This document shows, piece by piece, positions 48,886 to 60,600 of a stretch of DNA of 64,000 nucleotides; position 1 is the stretch's first letter, and the number at the start of each line of letters is the position of its first letter. Location of the stretch: the NCBI RefSeq assembly GCF_009834535.1, contig NC_045707.1:48052001-48116000 (forward strand). Direction: 5' to 3'. The notes below the pieces were generated by a model that did not search any database, was not told where the DNA came from, and saw only the letters and a program-made list of their open reading frames with translations. The translations under genes and the position numbers were made by a program. Origin of the DNA: Camelus ferus. Lineage: Eukaryota.

Positions 48886-49401
48886 CACCAGGGCTATGCT
48901 GTTGAGCGGGACAGACGGTCTTTTCACTCCTTTCAGAATAACATGGAAAGAAAACAATTCAACAAGTTATATAATGAAGTGTGATAAGTATTTTGATAGA
49001 GGAAGGAGAATGCTGTAGGGACACAGGAGTAAGGGATTTCTAACCTGCACAAGAAAGAAATAAGAAATGCTTCCCCAAGGAAATCAACTTTAAGCTGGAA
49101 TCTGAGGGACAAGTAGAAGATAACCAGGTGAGGTGTTCCCATGAACACATGAACTCGTCTACAGAATCACAGCCCCTAACCTTAAATCAGTGATTCAGAA
49201 ATAAGCCAATGCGTTTGTTAACGTCGTCCCCTAGGTATCCACTTAGTTCACTCCTCGACTGCATTTAGATCTTTACTCAGATGTCAGTTCTCCGTGAAGT
49301 CTTTCCTAACCACCCGATTTAAAATTATGCCACCACCCCCAATCTTCCCAATCTCTTTCCATGGCATCTGTCTAAATTACATGTTTTATTTATTCATTGC
49401 T

Positions 49402-49524
49402 GGTTTTTTTTAACACTTAATTGTTCTTGTTTTTTTAATTGAAGTATAGTTGATTTACAGTGTTGTTAGTTTCTGGTGTACAGCATTTTTGATTCATATA
49501 TGTATATTCTTTTTCAGCAAGGTC
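49402..49524 (-). mobile_element. Very short L1 3' end with a perfect 12-bp TSD
   Basis: aattgaagtatagttgatttacagtgttgttagtttctggtgtacagca; TSD ttattcattgct at 49390-49401 and 49525-49536. Confidence 0.85.
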
Positions 49525-49584
49525 TTATTCATTGCTTTTTATCATCTGTTTCCTCCCATTAGAGTACATGCTCCATGAGGAGTC

Positions 49585-49803
49585 TTCCTTCCTTCCTTCC
49601 TTCCTTCCTTCCTTCCTTCCTTCCTCCCTTTCTCTCTTTCTCTCTCTCTTTCTCTCTTCCTCTTCTTTCTTTCTTCCTTCTTTCCTTCCTTCCTTCCTTT
49701 CTTCCTTTCTTTCTTCTTTTCTTTCCTTTCTTTCCATTCTTTTCTTCCTTCCTTTCTCTCTCTTTCTCTCTCCTTCCCTTCTTCCTTCCTTCCTTCCTTT
49801 TTT
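49585..49803. repeat. Compound (TTCC)n/(TTTC)n/(TC)n microsatellite
   Basis: Read directly. Confidence 0.95.
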
Positions 49804-51622
49804 CTGTTTTGTTCACTACTGAGTCTCAAGAACCTAAAACAGTGCTTATAATATGGCAGGCTCTCAAGAAATACTTGCTGAATGAATGTTAAGATCTTCA
49901 CATATTCCTGATTTCCTGACGACTGTCTCCTGTAAATCAGAGAAACTTTCACTCAGGCGCTCTCACTGGAAGCTTATTGATGCCCTTAATATGTCGTGCT
50001 CTATTTCAGATATTCTGAGAGCCACCAGGCAGTGTGGTGGGCAGTCACCTTTCAGAAGGGTACTCTCTGTCTCCCTAAAGTCTACAGATCACACATAGAA
50101 TTTTCTCCAACTTTATGTGGAGCAGAGGATCTTAGAGTTTGTTTCCATGCACTGCCCCTCAGCATCCTTTCCATTTTCTTCCCCCGCAGAAACTTGTTTC
50201 TAGATCTCTTTGCCTGGTCCGTCCCCTGAAGCTTATCCCTGGGATACGTTCCTGAACCATGATGTTTGTTAACACCAATGTTTAATAATACCCTTCCTTA
50301 TTTTTACTTAACTAGTAAGACCTTTGACTTTTTGGGTTAGCTGAAAATGTTTTAATTTAAGAATGTACTACCAACAATATTTGGCATAGCAGAGCTACTG
50401 AATATATCCTGTTTTGTCTCAGTTTATAGCTTCTATTTTCTCAGATAGTCTAGTCTACTTTACAAACATGGGTTGACAGTTGGTGCTTTGCTTGTCCTAT
50501 TATAAACGGGTGGAGGAATTGAAGCAGAGAACCCAAAGCCTGTGTGCAAAGAGCTTGTGGTTGCTAAGGAATCCAAAGACCTTAGAGATAAGAGTAATTC
50601 ATTTGATCAGAGAGAGAGAGAGAATCTGAATGTAATGAGTGTATTAGTTGCCTGACCAGGAAACTGCAGAACAAGATGATTACTTCTTTCCCCTTCCTTC
50701 ATGGAAGTTTCAAAGAGATTTGAAATTTTGTTGTTCTGGTGATATACTACTAATGTGAAAAGATTCTTATTATCTTTACTGTGTGATCTTTGTGGATGGT
50801 GTGTAGAATCACTGGTTAAGTAGGTCAACTCCATCCATAGGGTATCATTATGGTCACTATAGCAGCAGAGGAGTAGCACACTAGAAATCCAATCTGGAAA
50901 GAAAATGATGAGGTAACATTTGATCCCTGACTGTCTCATGTGACCTGAGCTTCTGCACAGTGGTAGCCATACCTCAAATAGGCTGAGAAGGCCAAGGTCA
51001 GAACAGCAAACTGCTCCCTGCTACTACTTCTCTATTAACCTCATTCCAGCCCTTGGCTATGAAACGGGCTTGATTTAGAATTTTCCCAGCTGCAGACACA
51101 TCAACTCAGGGTTCTTTTTTAGTGGTCTCTTTCTCGTTTCTCTAATATTCATTCAGAAAAAAAAAAAAAAAAGCAGAAGATCCATTTATGAGTATTTTAA
51201 CCAACCAATGAGATGTTTTCCTTGGTATTTGAGCAGACAATTAACATGAATTCCTGAAGGCCAAATACATAATTCTGAACAAAATATTGAACAGGGTTTC
51301 AGGTTTCATAACTGTTGAATTTTGGGATAATAGTTTCCATGTGTTTCCCGCTGATGAATCAACCTATAGTCATTTCATAGTTTGATTTAAAACATTTTTT
51401 TTCTTTTCACAGTTTTGTTTTTCTATTACATATGTCTTTCACTTCATCCCACACACACACACACAAAAACCTTCCATTCCCCAAGAGAATTCATGAATAA
51501 GGAAGAAGAGAGAACAAAGCAATGAAGTGCTGAGCACAGTCAGCTGGGGCAAGTCTCAGGACTCTTCACACATGACGGCTTAACAAGGGTGGAGTGTGTG
51601 CCTTGTGGGAGCAAATGGTGAC

Positions 51623-51844
51623 TGAGTCACGTAGGGACTAGTGTTCCATCCACGCTGGGATCAAAAGGTCTTGGCAGATTGGTGATGGTTTATCTGTGAG
51701 TCTTTTCTGAGGTCACTGGGATGCTGAAACCACTCCCTCCAGTCGCACAACATGACATCCAGTGACTCAACATTTAAGACTTCTTCCTCTTGACTCATTT
51801 GCCTCATTGCCCCATAAAGATCATTTCATGAACTATTTGTGGTT
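51623..51844. promoter_or_regulatory. Candidate AP-1/RUNX/ETS enhancer
   Basis: TGAGTCA 51623-51629, TGACTCA 51763-51769 and 51791-51797, TGTGGTT 51838-51844. Confidence 0.35.
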
Positions 51845-51894
51845 CAGAAAAAGACATGCAAAACATTTGAAGAGTACATGGTAGCTTCTAGGGT

Positions 51895-52200
51895 TAGTTA
51901 CTTAATTCAACATGTGTGTATAGAATGCCCATTGTGTATACATCATGTTTTTTTCCTAGGAATTAGAGATAGAGTTATGGGCCCCTGCTCCATGAAGCTT
52001 ATGTCCTAGTGGTAGGTGAGGAGTGGTGAGGACAGACATTCAGCAGGTAAGCCAATAAACAAATATGATTTCCAGTGGTAATGTTTTACCAGGGAAATAG
52101 ACCTGGGGATTATGACTGAGAATGATGAGGGTGAGGTGAGGTAGAGAATTCCAGGCAGAGGGAAAAGAACATGCAAAACTAGAGGGGCAGACAAGGGTGG
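51895..52200 (-). mobile_element. L2 fragment
   Basis: attcaacatg...ccctgctccatgaagcttatgtcctagtgg...gaattccaggcagagggaaaagaacatgcaaa. Confidence 0.75.
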
Positions 52201-52601
52201 TTTCCATCCTTTCTTTATCAGCCTCAAAGGGTTTCTGAGAACCAGGGCAGAAGTTCTGACATCACCGGAGACAGAGTGACAGAGCCCTCCAGTCAGTTGT
52301 TTCACTCTAGGGAAAGACAAGGTCCCCAGGCAGCCTGGCCCCAACCTAAGGACAAAGAGTCTCATTAGCATAATGGGAATTCACCTTGTGTCCTCTTTTG
52401 CATTTTGCTTTTTCACGTCTCCTCTCAGCTCTAACCACCTTTAGAAAAATCTCTTAGGGGCAGCTGCACACATAGTCCCCAGGGAAATGCTGAATAAAAG
52501 TGAGAAACTTCTGTAAATAACTGTGAGAAATGATACCATAATTACATTGGTTTTAGGTAAAAATGCTTCACTAGGGGTTGATGAGTTTTAGTACATTAAG
52601 C

Positions 52602-52768
52602 CAGTGATTCTCAAATGAGGTGATCCTTCCTCATCCCAGAGGGGACCCCTGGCAATGTGTGAAGATGATTTTTGAGCCACAGCTTGAGAGATGGGGTATC
52701 TAGGGAGTAAGAGGCCAGAGATGCCACCAAGCATGTGACCATGCACTGGACAGTCCCCACAACAAAGT
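52602..52768. mobile_element. MER20 hAT-Charlie MITE, one end missing
   Basis: cagtgattctcaa...cccagagggga...tggcaatgtgtgaaga...gaggccagagatgc...atgcactggacagtccccacaacaaag. Confidence 0.85.
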
Positions 52769-52889
52769 CCCCACAAAACACAACAACAACAACAACAACA
52801 AACCCAACCATGCACTAAATGCTGAATCCAGGCTCTTGTAGTTCTTCTTACTAGCATGAACTTACTCTTCCACACCAGTCTCCAGTGTT

Positions 52890-53165
52890 TCAGGGTTCAG
52901 AGGAGGTTAGGAGCTTCTAACCTGGAGATTGCTAATCTTTATCAGAGTTCAGATCCCAGCTATGCATCTTACTGGATATGTAACTAAATGTGTGTCTGAC
53001 ACTTGATAAATCACTTAACAGTCTGTGTCTCCATTTCCTTATCTGTAAATGGAGTTAGTGCAAGTCCCTTCCTCATAAAGTTCCTTTGAGGAAAAAGTAA
53101 AAAGTGGTGCATTTGATTATTAATAATGTCTGGCACACAATGATTGCTCAATAAATGTTGAATAT
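52890..53165 (+). mobile_element. MIR SINE
   Basis: gttcagatcccagct...tcacttaacagtctgtgtctccatttccttatctgtaaatgg...tctggcacac...gctcaataaatgtt. Confidence 0.9.
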
Positions 53166-53603
53166 TTTTTTCCTGTTGCAGTTGCCTGGTTGCTGGGAAT
53201 GGGATTGGTAAAAATCGGAAGAGTAGGGTGGAGATCCCTTATGCAGCACATACCATCCCCAAATTCAATCCTGTCCCTTCATTGATTAGATGCAACATGC
53301 CTGGCATTCTGCTGGGGATATGGAGATGGATGACAAGTATGGAGAGGAGAGACACTGAGAAAGTTTTCTCCTTCATTGTAACCACATGATGACCCCAGAG
53401 AAAGTCAGCAGACATATTTGTCTTTCCCTTGAACATAGAGCTGATGCTTTAATGCCTATTTGAGATGTGTGTGTATGTATGTGTCTTTGCACCACTATCT
53501 GCTGCAGCTGACCCTTAAGCATTATTCAAACTGAATTTAAATTATCTTTAGTGTCTGCTAGAAGCTTTACTAGACAGCTTCTGGGGACAAATCTCTAACT
53601 GAG

Positions 53604-54014
53604 TGTGTTAGTCAGGGTTCTCCAGAGAAAACAGAACCAACAGAATGTGTGTTTGTGTAGAAAGAGATTTACGTTAAGGAATTGGTTCACACAATTATGA
53701 GGGTTGGCAAATTTAAAATCTGCAGAATGGGCTGGCAGGCTGGAGACCTAGGAAGAGCCAATATTGCAGATGAAGTCCAAAGGTCATCTATTATCAGAAT
53801 TCCCTCTTGCTCGGGGGAGGTCAGTCTTTTCGTTCCATCCAGGCCTTCAACTGATTGGACGAGGCCCACCAGCATTATAAGCGCAATCTCTTTTGCTTAA
53901 AATGTACCATTTTAAGTGTTCCTCTCATTCAAAGACACCCTTGCAGAAGAATCCAGAATAATGTTTGACCACATCATGGCCCAACCAAACTGACACATAG
54001 AATTAACTATCGCA
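53604..54014 (-). mobile_element. MLT2 (B-like) ERVL solo LTR
   Basis: tgtgttagtcagggttctccagagaaaacagaaccaa...ggccttcaactgattggacgaggcccacc...tgacacatagaattaactatcgca; TSD ctgag/gtgag. Confidence 0.9.
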
Positions 54015-55365
54015 GTGAGTTTGGAAGTGTGGTCTAGTATTGTCAAGGTGAGTATTTGAAACTGTCTAGATTCAGAAGCAGCGCCTAACCTCTAAAGTGT
54101 CCCTGTCAGACATAGGTTTGGAGTGACCAGCCAAGTGGCAAACCTTGCTTTTCAGTTGCACATATTATCTGGCAAAAGAAACCTCATCACAAAGGGTGAC
54201 AGCTTCCTCTTTCTGGAACAGCTGAGAGTTCCTGGTTTTCTTACTGACAGATCAAGATTCTTACCTTTTATTAACGTCATCCTATACAACATTTTTTCTG
54301 TGATTTTGTCATAGCTAGAAAGGAACAAATCTTCTCTATGTTTGGATATTTTTCTTAGATTCGCTGCCATCTTTTCAAAGCTTATTGGGAAGGATAAGTT
54401 GAAGCCACATTGTCATATTTGAACCTCCTACTCTCTTAGAATAGTGATTTAAGGGGCTCAACCCTTCCGGGAGAATTCTCTGAGGAAGCTGAGCAGAGAT
54501 CTGAAAAATAAATTGTCATTTGTTTATAATCAAATTCATTCCCCTTTAATAAATTTTGCATTAGAAGCTGCCAAATTGAGTTGCAGCTTCCTGATTCTCC
54601 TGCAACCTGGATACAAAAGTGTTTCATTCAACCACCCCTTCTAGTGCCTGACTTCTTGCCAGGAACTCCCAGCATGCACTGCCATCTGTTCCCCTCTCAA
54701 CTGCTTGGACCCACTCCCCTTTCTAAATTCACCCTGAAATGTGTTTTCCAAATGCCAGTCCTTTGGCTAGTATTTTTCAGCAACAGCTAATTCCAACCTG
54801 ATTCTAAGTATCAGGCTCCATCCTCTTCCCTCTAGGAAGAAACAACAGCAACAAAGCAAGGAAACCAAACTTGTCTAAAGGTATATATATAGCTCAAATC
54901 AATTGCTTGAAAATAGTGCTGCAATCTCGCAGTGTGTATCCCAAACAGAATATCTGAATCTAATTAGGTTATTTGATATCAGATTTGAACTGAAGGACCC
55001 ATTAGAGGCAAATCCTGTTCTGGCTCCCCTCTTCCTCAACTGCCACTACATCATCCAGGCACAAGAGTCCTCAGTGCAAGCCTTTGGGAGAGAAATGTTC
55101 CCAGATCAAAAGTGATTCTTCATTTTTCTTCCTATTTGGCTCTTGGGTAGAATCAGCCACTTCTTGTTGTTATGTTGTGTTATGTTCATAAGCATCTTAT
55201 GAACACCTGTTTGGAAATTAGGAAAGACTGGATTCAAGCAGGAGAGGAAGATGGAAGGAAAACCTGGCTCTCAAATATTTCTTCTTTCCTTTGGAGATGT
55301 TGTGCAAATAAAGGAGTGAGAGGAGAGATGTGTGGTTGTAGGAGGGGACCTTGAGAAAACCTAAA

Positions 55366-55795
55366 TGTATTTATTTGCTAGGGCTGCCATTACAAAGTGC
55401 CACAAAGCGGCTGGCTTAAGCAAAAGACTTGGACGCTTGAGGTCCAAGGTGAAGGTGTCAGCAGGATTGATCCGATTTAAGGGCTGTGTGGGAGAATCTG
55501 CTCCATTTCTGCCTCTTGGTTTCTGAAGATTTGCTGGTGATATTCAGTCTTCCTTGGCTTGTGGATGCGTCACCGTGATTTCTGCCTTCAGGTTCACATG
55601 GCCTTCTCCCTGTGTGCATATTTGTCTCTGTGTCCAACTTTCCCCCCTTTTATAAGGACACAGTCATATTGGAATAGGGCCCAACCTAATGACCTCATTT
55701 TAACTTGATCATCGGTAGACCTTATTTGCAAATAAACTTATATTCACAGGTACTGGGGGTTAGGACTTTAGGAGGGAACAGTTCAGCTCATAACA
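55366..55795 (-). mobile_element. MLT1C-like MaLR solo LTR
   Basis: tgtatttatttgctagggctgccattacaaagtgccacaaa...aaggtgtcagcagg...ttataaggacac...aatgacctcattttaacttga...cataaca; TSD ctaaa/ctaca. Confidence 0.9.
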
Positions 55796-56220
55796 CTACA
55801 ATTGAACAGAGATGGAAAAGCCTACATTGTCTCAAACTTGAATTTGGAGGCAGTTTCAGGCTGGTGGTGTAGATTGCATCGTGAATGTTACCTGTTGCTT
55901 AGCATCCCCACCAAACCACCAATGCATAGACTGCTCTCTTTCACACGTCTTGTATTATTTTCCTACATAAACACTTAAAAAAATTACTTTGTTGCTATCA
56001 GTATAACTTTCTCCAAGAGAATGACTACACATGGTTTTGGAAATGATTAACAAAACGAAGCTTTCTGTTTCAAGCATGTGAAGTTGATCCAAACTTTATA
56101 GGACTTTGGAGTGTCAAAAATAGGAATTGCTTTTAGATCCTCAATGTTTGTCCAGGATCCTTTCCTTTCACTCACTGTTCCCCACCCCCCTCCTATGCAT
56201 GCATCCACATAATCCTGAAG

Positions 56221-56284
56221 CACACACATGCAACCACAGACAGACAGACAGACACACACACACATACATACACAGACGCACACA
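56221..56284. repeat. Degenerate (CA)n/(CAGA)n tract
   Basis: Read directly. Confidence 0.85.
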
Positions 56285-56379
56285 GAAAGTATTGATTTCC
56301 AAAAGAAGACCTTCCCTTGGTCCTAAAAAAGGCATTGATTTTAATTCCCCTGATATTGCCGGACTCTCTTCACGTTCCT

Positions 56380-56383
<4 letters not shown>

Positions 56384-56429
<46 letters not shown>
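56384..56429. repeat. (TG)23 microsatellite
   Basis: Read directly. Confidence 0.95.
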
Positions 56430-56434
<5 letters not shown>

Positions 56435-56954
56435 ACCTTCCACTGGCAGATGACTGTCTACTGGATGCCCAGCCAGCTGTACACCAGCAGCAGAACAAGA
56501 TAAACTGCTGCTGGTTTCCCCCAGAGAAAACCTACTTTATCTCAAGGAGTTGAACTGCCAAGTGGAGTTGAGTAAACTTTGGGGTTATGATACAGTTGAG
56601 GCACAAAGTTCACCACCAACGTAAACCAGCCGGCCCAGTTCTGCTTTTTAATGTGCTCTAAACTGATGGAACTGAGTAACGTAAACAAGGGTGAAGCAAT
56701 AGCTTCAGGAGAAAAAGGACTGTGTTCTATTGACAGCTAATGGGTGAATGACTATTTTAGCAGAATATAATTTTATTTGCCCCCAAAGTTTACTGGGAAA
56801 TCTAGGCTGAGAAGGGAGAATGTATGTGGAAATTTTAAGAGAGAAATGGTTTGTTGGCTGCTTGGCTTACAGAGTTAGAAGCACTGTTTTGGGATTAACC
56901 ACTTTAACTGTCTTGCTTTCTCAGGTAAAGATCCTGAAAACTGGGTCAATTACA

Positions 56955-57085
56955 TGGCATGAGGCTATATGGTTTAATGCAAAGTTTTGGGACTTTGGGT
57001 TCAAATCTCTAACTTTGTAAAATGGAGACGTTAGTAGGTTAATACTGGAGGTTATAGGTTGTTATGGGGATTAAATGAGAGAACA
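56955..57085 (+). mobile_element. MIR SINE (internally deleted)
   Basis: tgggttcaaatc...tgtaaaatggag...ggttgttatggggattaaatgaga. Confidence 0.7.
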
Positions 57086-58429
57086 CTGTCTGAGAATGTG
57101 TCCTTTTGTGAGTTACCTCCCCTCCTTTGACCAAGATCACTCAGCTAATTAGTCCCAGAAAAGGGACTAGACATCATTTCTTAATTCAGTATTTTACCTT
57201 TGTCCATGTTATCTCAGCCTTTGGAGGACCGAATTTTGGAAACCCCCAACGAATGAGCTCTATAGTTAAACTAAAAACCTCTTTTCAGATAGTCGTTTCC
57301 AGTGGCCCCACCAGCAACTTCTACCAGAGCTGCTAATAATTAACCAAAGGGAGTGACTGGATGGAAAGTTTTCCAGGCCTCTCCAGAGTGTTCCTTGCCA
57401 AAAATGGTGTACGAGGCAGCCAAAGGAAGGACGAGAAGGGAAAGCCTGGGGCCTGCAAAACACACATGCATGATTGAACGTCTTGGCTCTCGGACAGACA
57501 GAGCTGTAAGACACTGGAGTACTTTCCTTATTTGCATTTTTATGGATTCAGGGTCTCGTTTAGGATCCAAATTCAGAGGAGTGGACCAATGCTCTGGGTT
57601 TTCTCAGTGGTGTTTACTTACTCAGTACATTGATTAGCGACTTTCTGCAGCCTTATCCGAACCCCAGTCTCTGTTTGAACACCTTGATCTTACTGAGGAC
57701 TCACACATAGTGGGTTTCAGAAGAGAACAGAGACAAATGGCAGGGGAGAAGTGGTGTTTGAGCACCAAGCACTTCGTTGTTGGTGCTGTGGTGCTTGGGG
57801 TCTCTTCGTTGAGATTGGAGATCAAAGGATACTTCAATTAGATATGAAAATAGATGAAAAGTCTAGCAACCCCTGACTTTTCTCTAAAGCACTAGGGAAG
57901 AAATGGTTGGCTAAATGCCATTGGTGGGGCTGCTCATGAAGGCTGCGTCTGTGGCTTTGTTCACTTTCATTCTTTAGTTCACCAATCAGTTTGGATCAGG
58001 TAGCATTGCTAGGTCACTGGAAGTTGTCCTTTTCTGAGGAAGGGTTGGAATCTTGCCGGATGATGTTGTCAAAGTAGGGCCAGATCATTTTCCCACCCAG
58101 TTTAAGACCGAGAGGTCAAGATGCACTGGGGCAATGTGAATTGTCGGACACCCCAAGCTATCCATCACTAAGGGGCTGTCATGGCCACCACTGTGCAGAA
58201 ATTGTCCAGTGGTTTCTTGTTGAACAAATAAGTATGGAAGAATTGAATAGTGAGGACAGTTGCCCTTGATTTAGATGATTTACACCAACCTTGGATCGTT
58301 GGGTAGCTATAGCTTTATTGATGGTAGCCTGTTGAATTCCATCTAGATCCAGACACTAAAGAAAATAAACCAAGATCACTAAAGAAGCAAATGAGATGAT
58401 TGATTTCATTTGAATTTTTCAAACGTTTG

Positions 58430-58595
58430 TCTCTCAGGTTATGGAGGAGTAACCTGGACTCTTGTGGAAAATAAAGTTACTACTATCTCCATTGTAGGGT
58501 TGTTTTGAGGATAATGAGTTAATATAGGCTTAGGACAATGTCTGTCAATAGTAAGGGCTCAATAAGTATTAGATTTTATATGATTATTAACATTA
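58430..58595 (+). mobile_element. MIR 3' fragment
   Basis: tagggttgttttgaggataatgagttaata...gcttaggacaatgtctg...gtaagggctcaataa. Confidence 0.75.
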
Positions 58596-58599
58596 TCAT

Positions 58600-59890
58600 G
58601 TTTTGAGCTTGCTTTTGGAATAGCTTTTTGTTCTTTTTCTAATTTTTCATATACACACACCTATATATATATGTAATTTTGCATAAATGCAAACATGTTA
58701 TCTCACACACATATTTATCTCTTATCTAGAGAAGGCTCATTTTTTTCTTGATGTTTAGCTTCAACTTCCCTCTCTTTTCTCCTTTGCATCCCCTCTACCA
58801 CTCCCTGTCACGTAACTATCGTTAGTGACCTGATATGTACTTCTACATTTTCCCCATTGCTCATTTAATCACATACACACATGTTACACTTACACATGCG
58901 TTTCGGGGAGGTTTCATTATTGTTCATTTTATGAGCATTGAATAATGCACATTTTCTGTGTCTTCTTATTATTTTGGTCACTTACAGTGTAACTGTATAG
59001 AAATCCCTTCAAAGTGGCTATTCAGTTGTAACTCATTCTTTGGAATAGCTGCATAATAATCCATAGTGTGGATGAGCTGTGATCTATTCAGACATTCTCA
59101 TCAAGTAGTATTTACTTTGATCCTTGTCTTCCTCTCCTTTTCTTGTTACTATAATTGTCCTTTCACTCTTGCCTGTGCACTGATGATCTTTGAGGTATCA
59201 AGAGAAGAGACTGCGGTATTGAATGGCACATACAAGTATGTGTTTAATTTTTTAAATATGCTGCTAAATGGCATGACAGTTTTAACAGCTAGTTTTTCTC
59301 AGCAATGTATGAGTAACCATTTCTCCCCATACCTATCACCAGTAGAGGTTCTTGATCATTTGTGGGTTTTTTTTGCCAATCTGAAGGGTATAAAGATACA
59401 TCATTGTTATTTTAAGTTGCATTTCCCTGACTATGATTTAATGGGAGAGTATTTTCATTTGCTTTTTAATCATGTGGGTTTGCTCCTCTGTGAATTTCCT
59501 ATTCTGTTTCTTTATTCACTTTTTCCGTGTTTGTCTATTTTTTTCAATTTGTAAAAACAAAATAAAAAAAACCTGTTGTCATCTGTGGTACAAATATTTT
59601 TGAACCTATCTTTTGTCTATTTACCTTGAAAGGGAATCTTTCTTTTGCCAAAAAAGGCTTTAAATTCTTATGTGATCAAATATGTTTATCTTTTCTTTGT
59701 AACTTTTGTTATATGATCTTCTGTATTTGGTCAAGAAAGTCTCCTTTCACCTGCAGATTGTACGTATATGTACCTATAATGTGCTGGATTTTCTTGAAAG
59801 GTTTTTTTTTTTTTTTACAGTTCTCTTTCATCCAAAGTCATTTATTTTTGTAGACGGCATAAGACTGGGGTTTGATTGTTTTTAAAGGCA
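58600..59890 (-). mobile_element. Old L1ME fragment
   Basis: aatagctgcataataatccatagtgtggatg...cagcaatgtatgag...ttttgccaatctga...tcattgttattttaagttgcatttccctgact. Confidence 0.8.
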
Positions 59891-59957
59891 GTTGAATAAC
59901 TGCTGTAACCACTCAAATACATTTATGAATGTGTGTGCACATATATGTATCCATGTA

Positions 59958-60400
59958 CAGATGGTCCCGACTTAACAACAGTTTGATTTTACAATGGTGC
60001 GAAAGTGATACACGTTTAATAGAAACTGTAGTTCAAGTTTTGAATTTTGATCATGATACGTGGTATAATATTTCCTCATGATCCTGGGCTGCTACAGCCC
60101 CATGATCACAACGGTAAACAACTGATACACATAAAACCATTCTGGACCCAAACAACCCTTCTGTTTTCACTTTCAGTACAGTATTCGATAAATCACATGA
60201 GATAGTGAACACTTTGTTACAAAACAAACTTTGCATTAGATGATTTTGCCCAACAGCAGGCTCACGTGAGTATTCTGAGCACGTTTAAAGTAAGCTAGGC
60301 TAAGCTGTGGTGTTTGGTAGATTAGGTGTATTAAATGCATCTTCTACTTATGACATTTCAACTTGAAATGGGTTTGTCAGGATAAATCAAGGAAGATCTG
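59958..60400 (-). mobile_element. Tigger5/MER47-family TcMar MITE
   Basis: cagatggtcccgactta...gatgattttgcccaac...ctgagcacgtttaaagtaagctaggctaagct...ggtgtattaaatgcat...gatctg; TA on both flanks (59956-57, 60401-02). Confidence 0.9.
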
Positions 60401-60405
60401 TAAGC

Positions 60406-60600
60406 ATGTGTGTATATATACCCATACATATGTGTGCATGTATGTATGTATATATATCTCCATACATGGTTGGGTGTGTATGGGGTGTGTATCTCCATAT
60501 AGTTATATTATAGATATGTATCCATATATATTTTTTATATATCCCCACATATATGTAAGTGTATATGTACGCACATATTTATATATGTATATATATATAC
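60406..60600. repeat. Degenerate (TA)/(TG)/(CA) tract
   Basis: Read directly. Confidence 0.85.

Larger units (their letters stand above)
49230..49890 (+). mobile_element. L2 3' end carrying an L1 fragment and a microsatellite
   Basis: tctttactcagatgtca...tctgtttcctcccattagag...ctccatgagg [ ] tctgttttgttcact...aaatacttgctgaatgaatg. Confidence 0.8.

Noticed and set aside
49525..49952. Overlapping KEGR/FLPS ORFs
   Set aside because: Translations of the (TTCC)n microsatellite
59066..59554. 162-aa hydrophobic ORF
   Set aside because: Antisense reading of an old T-rich L1ME fragment
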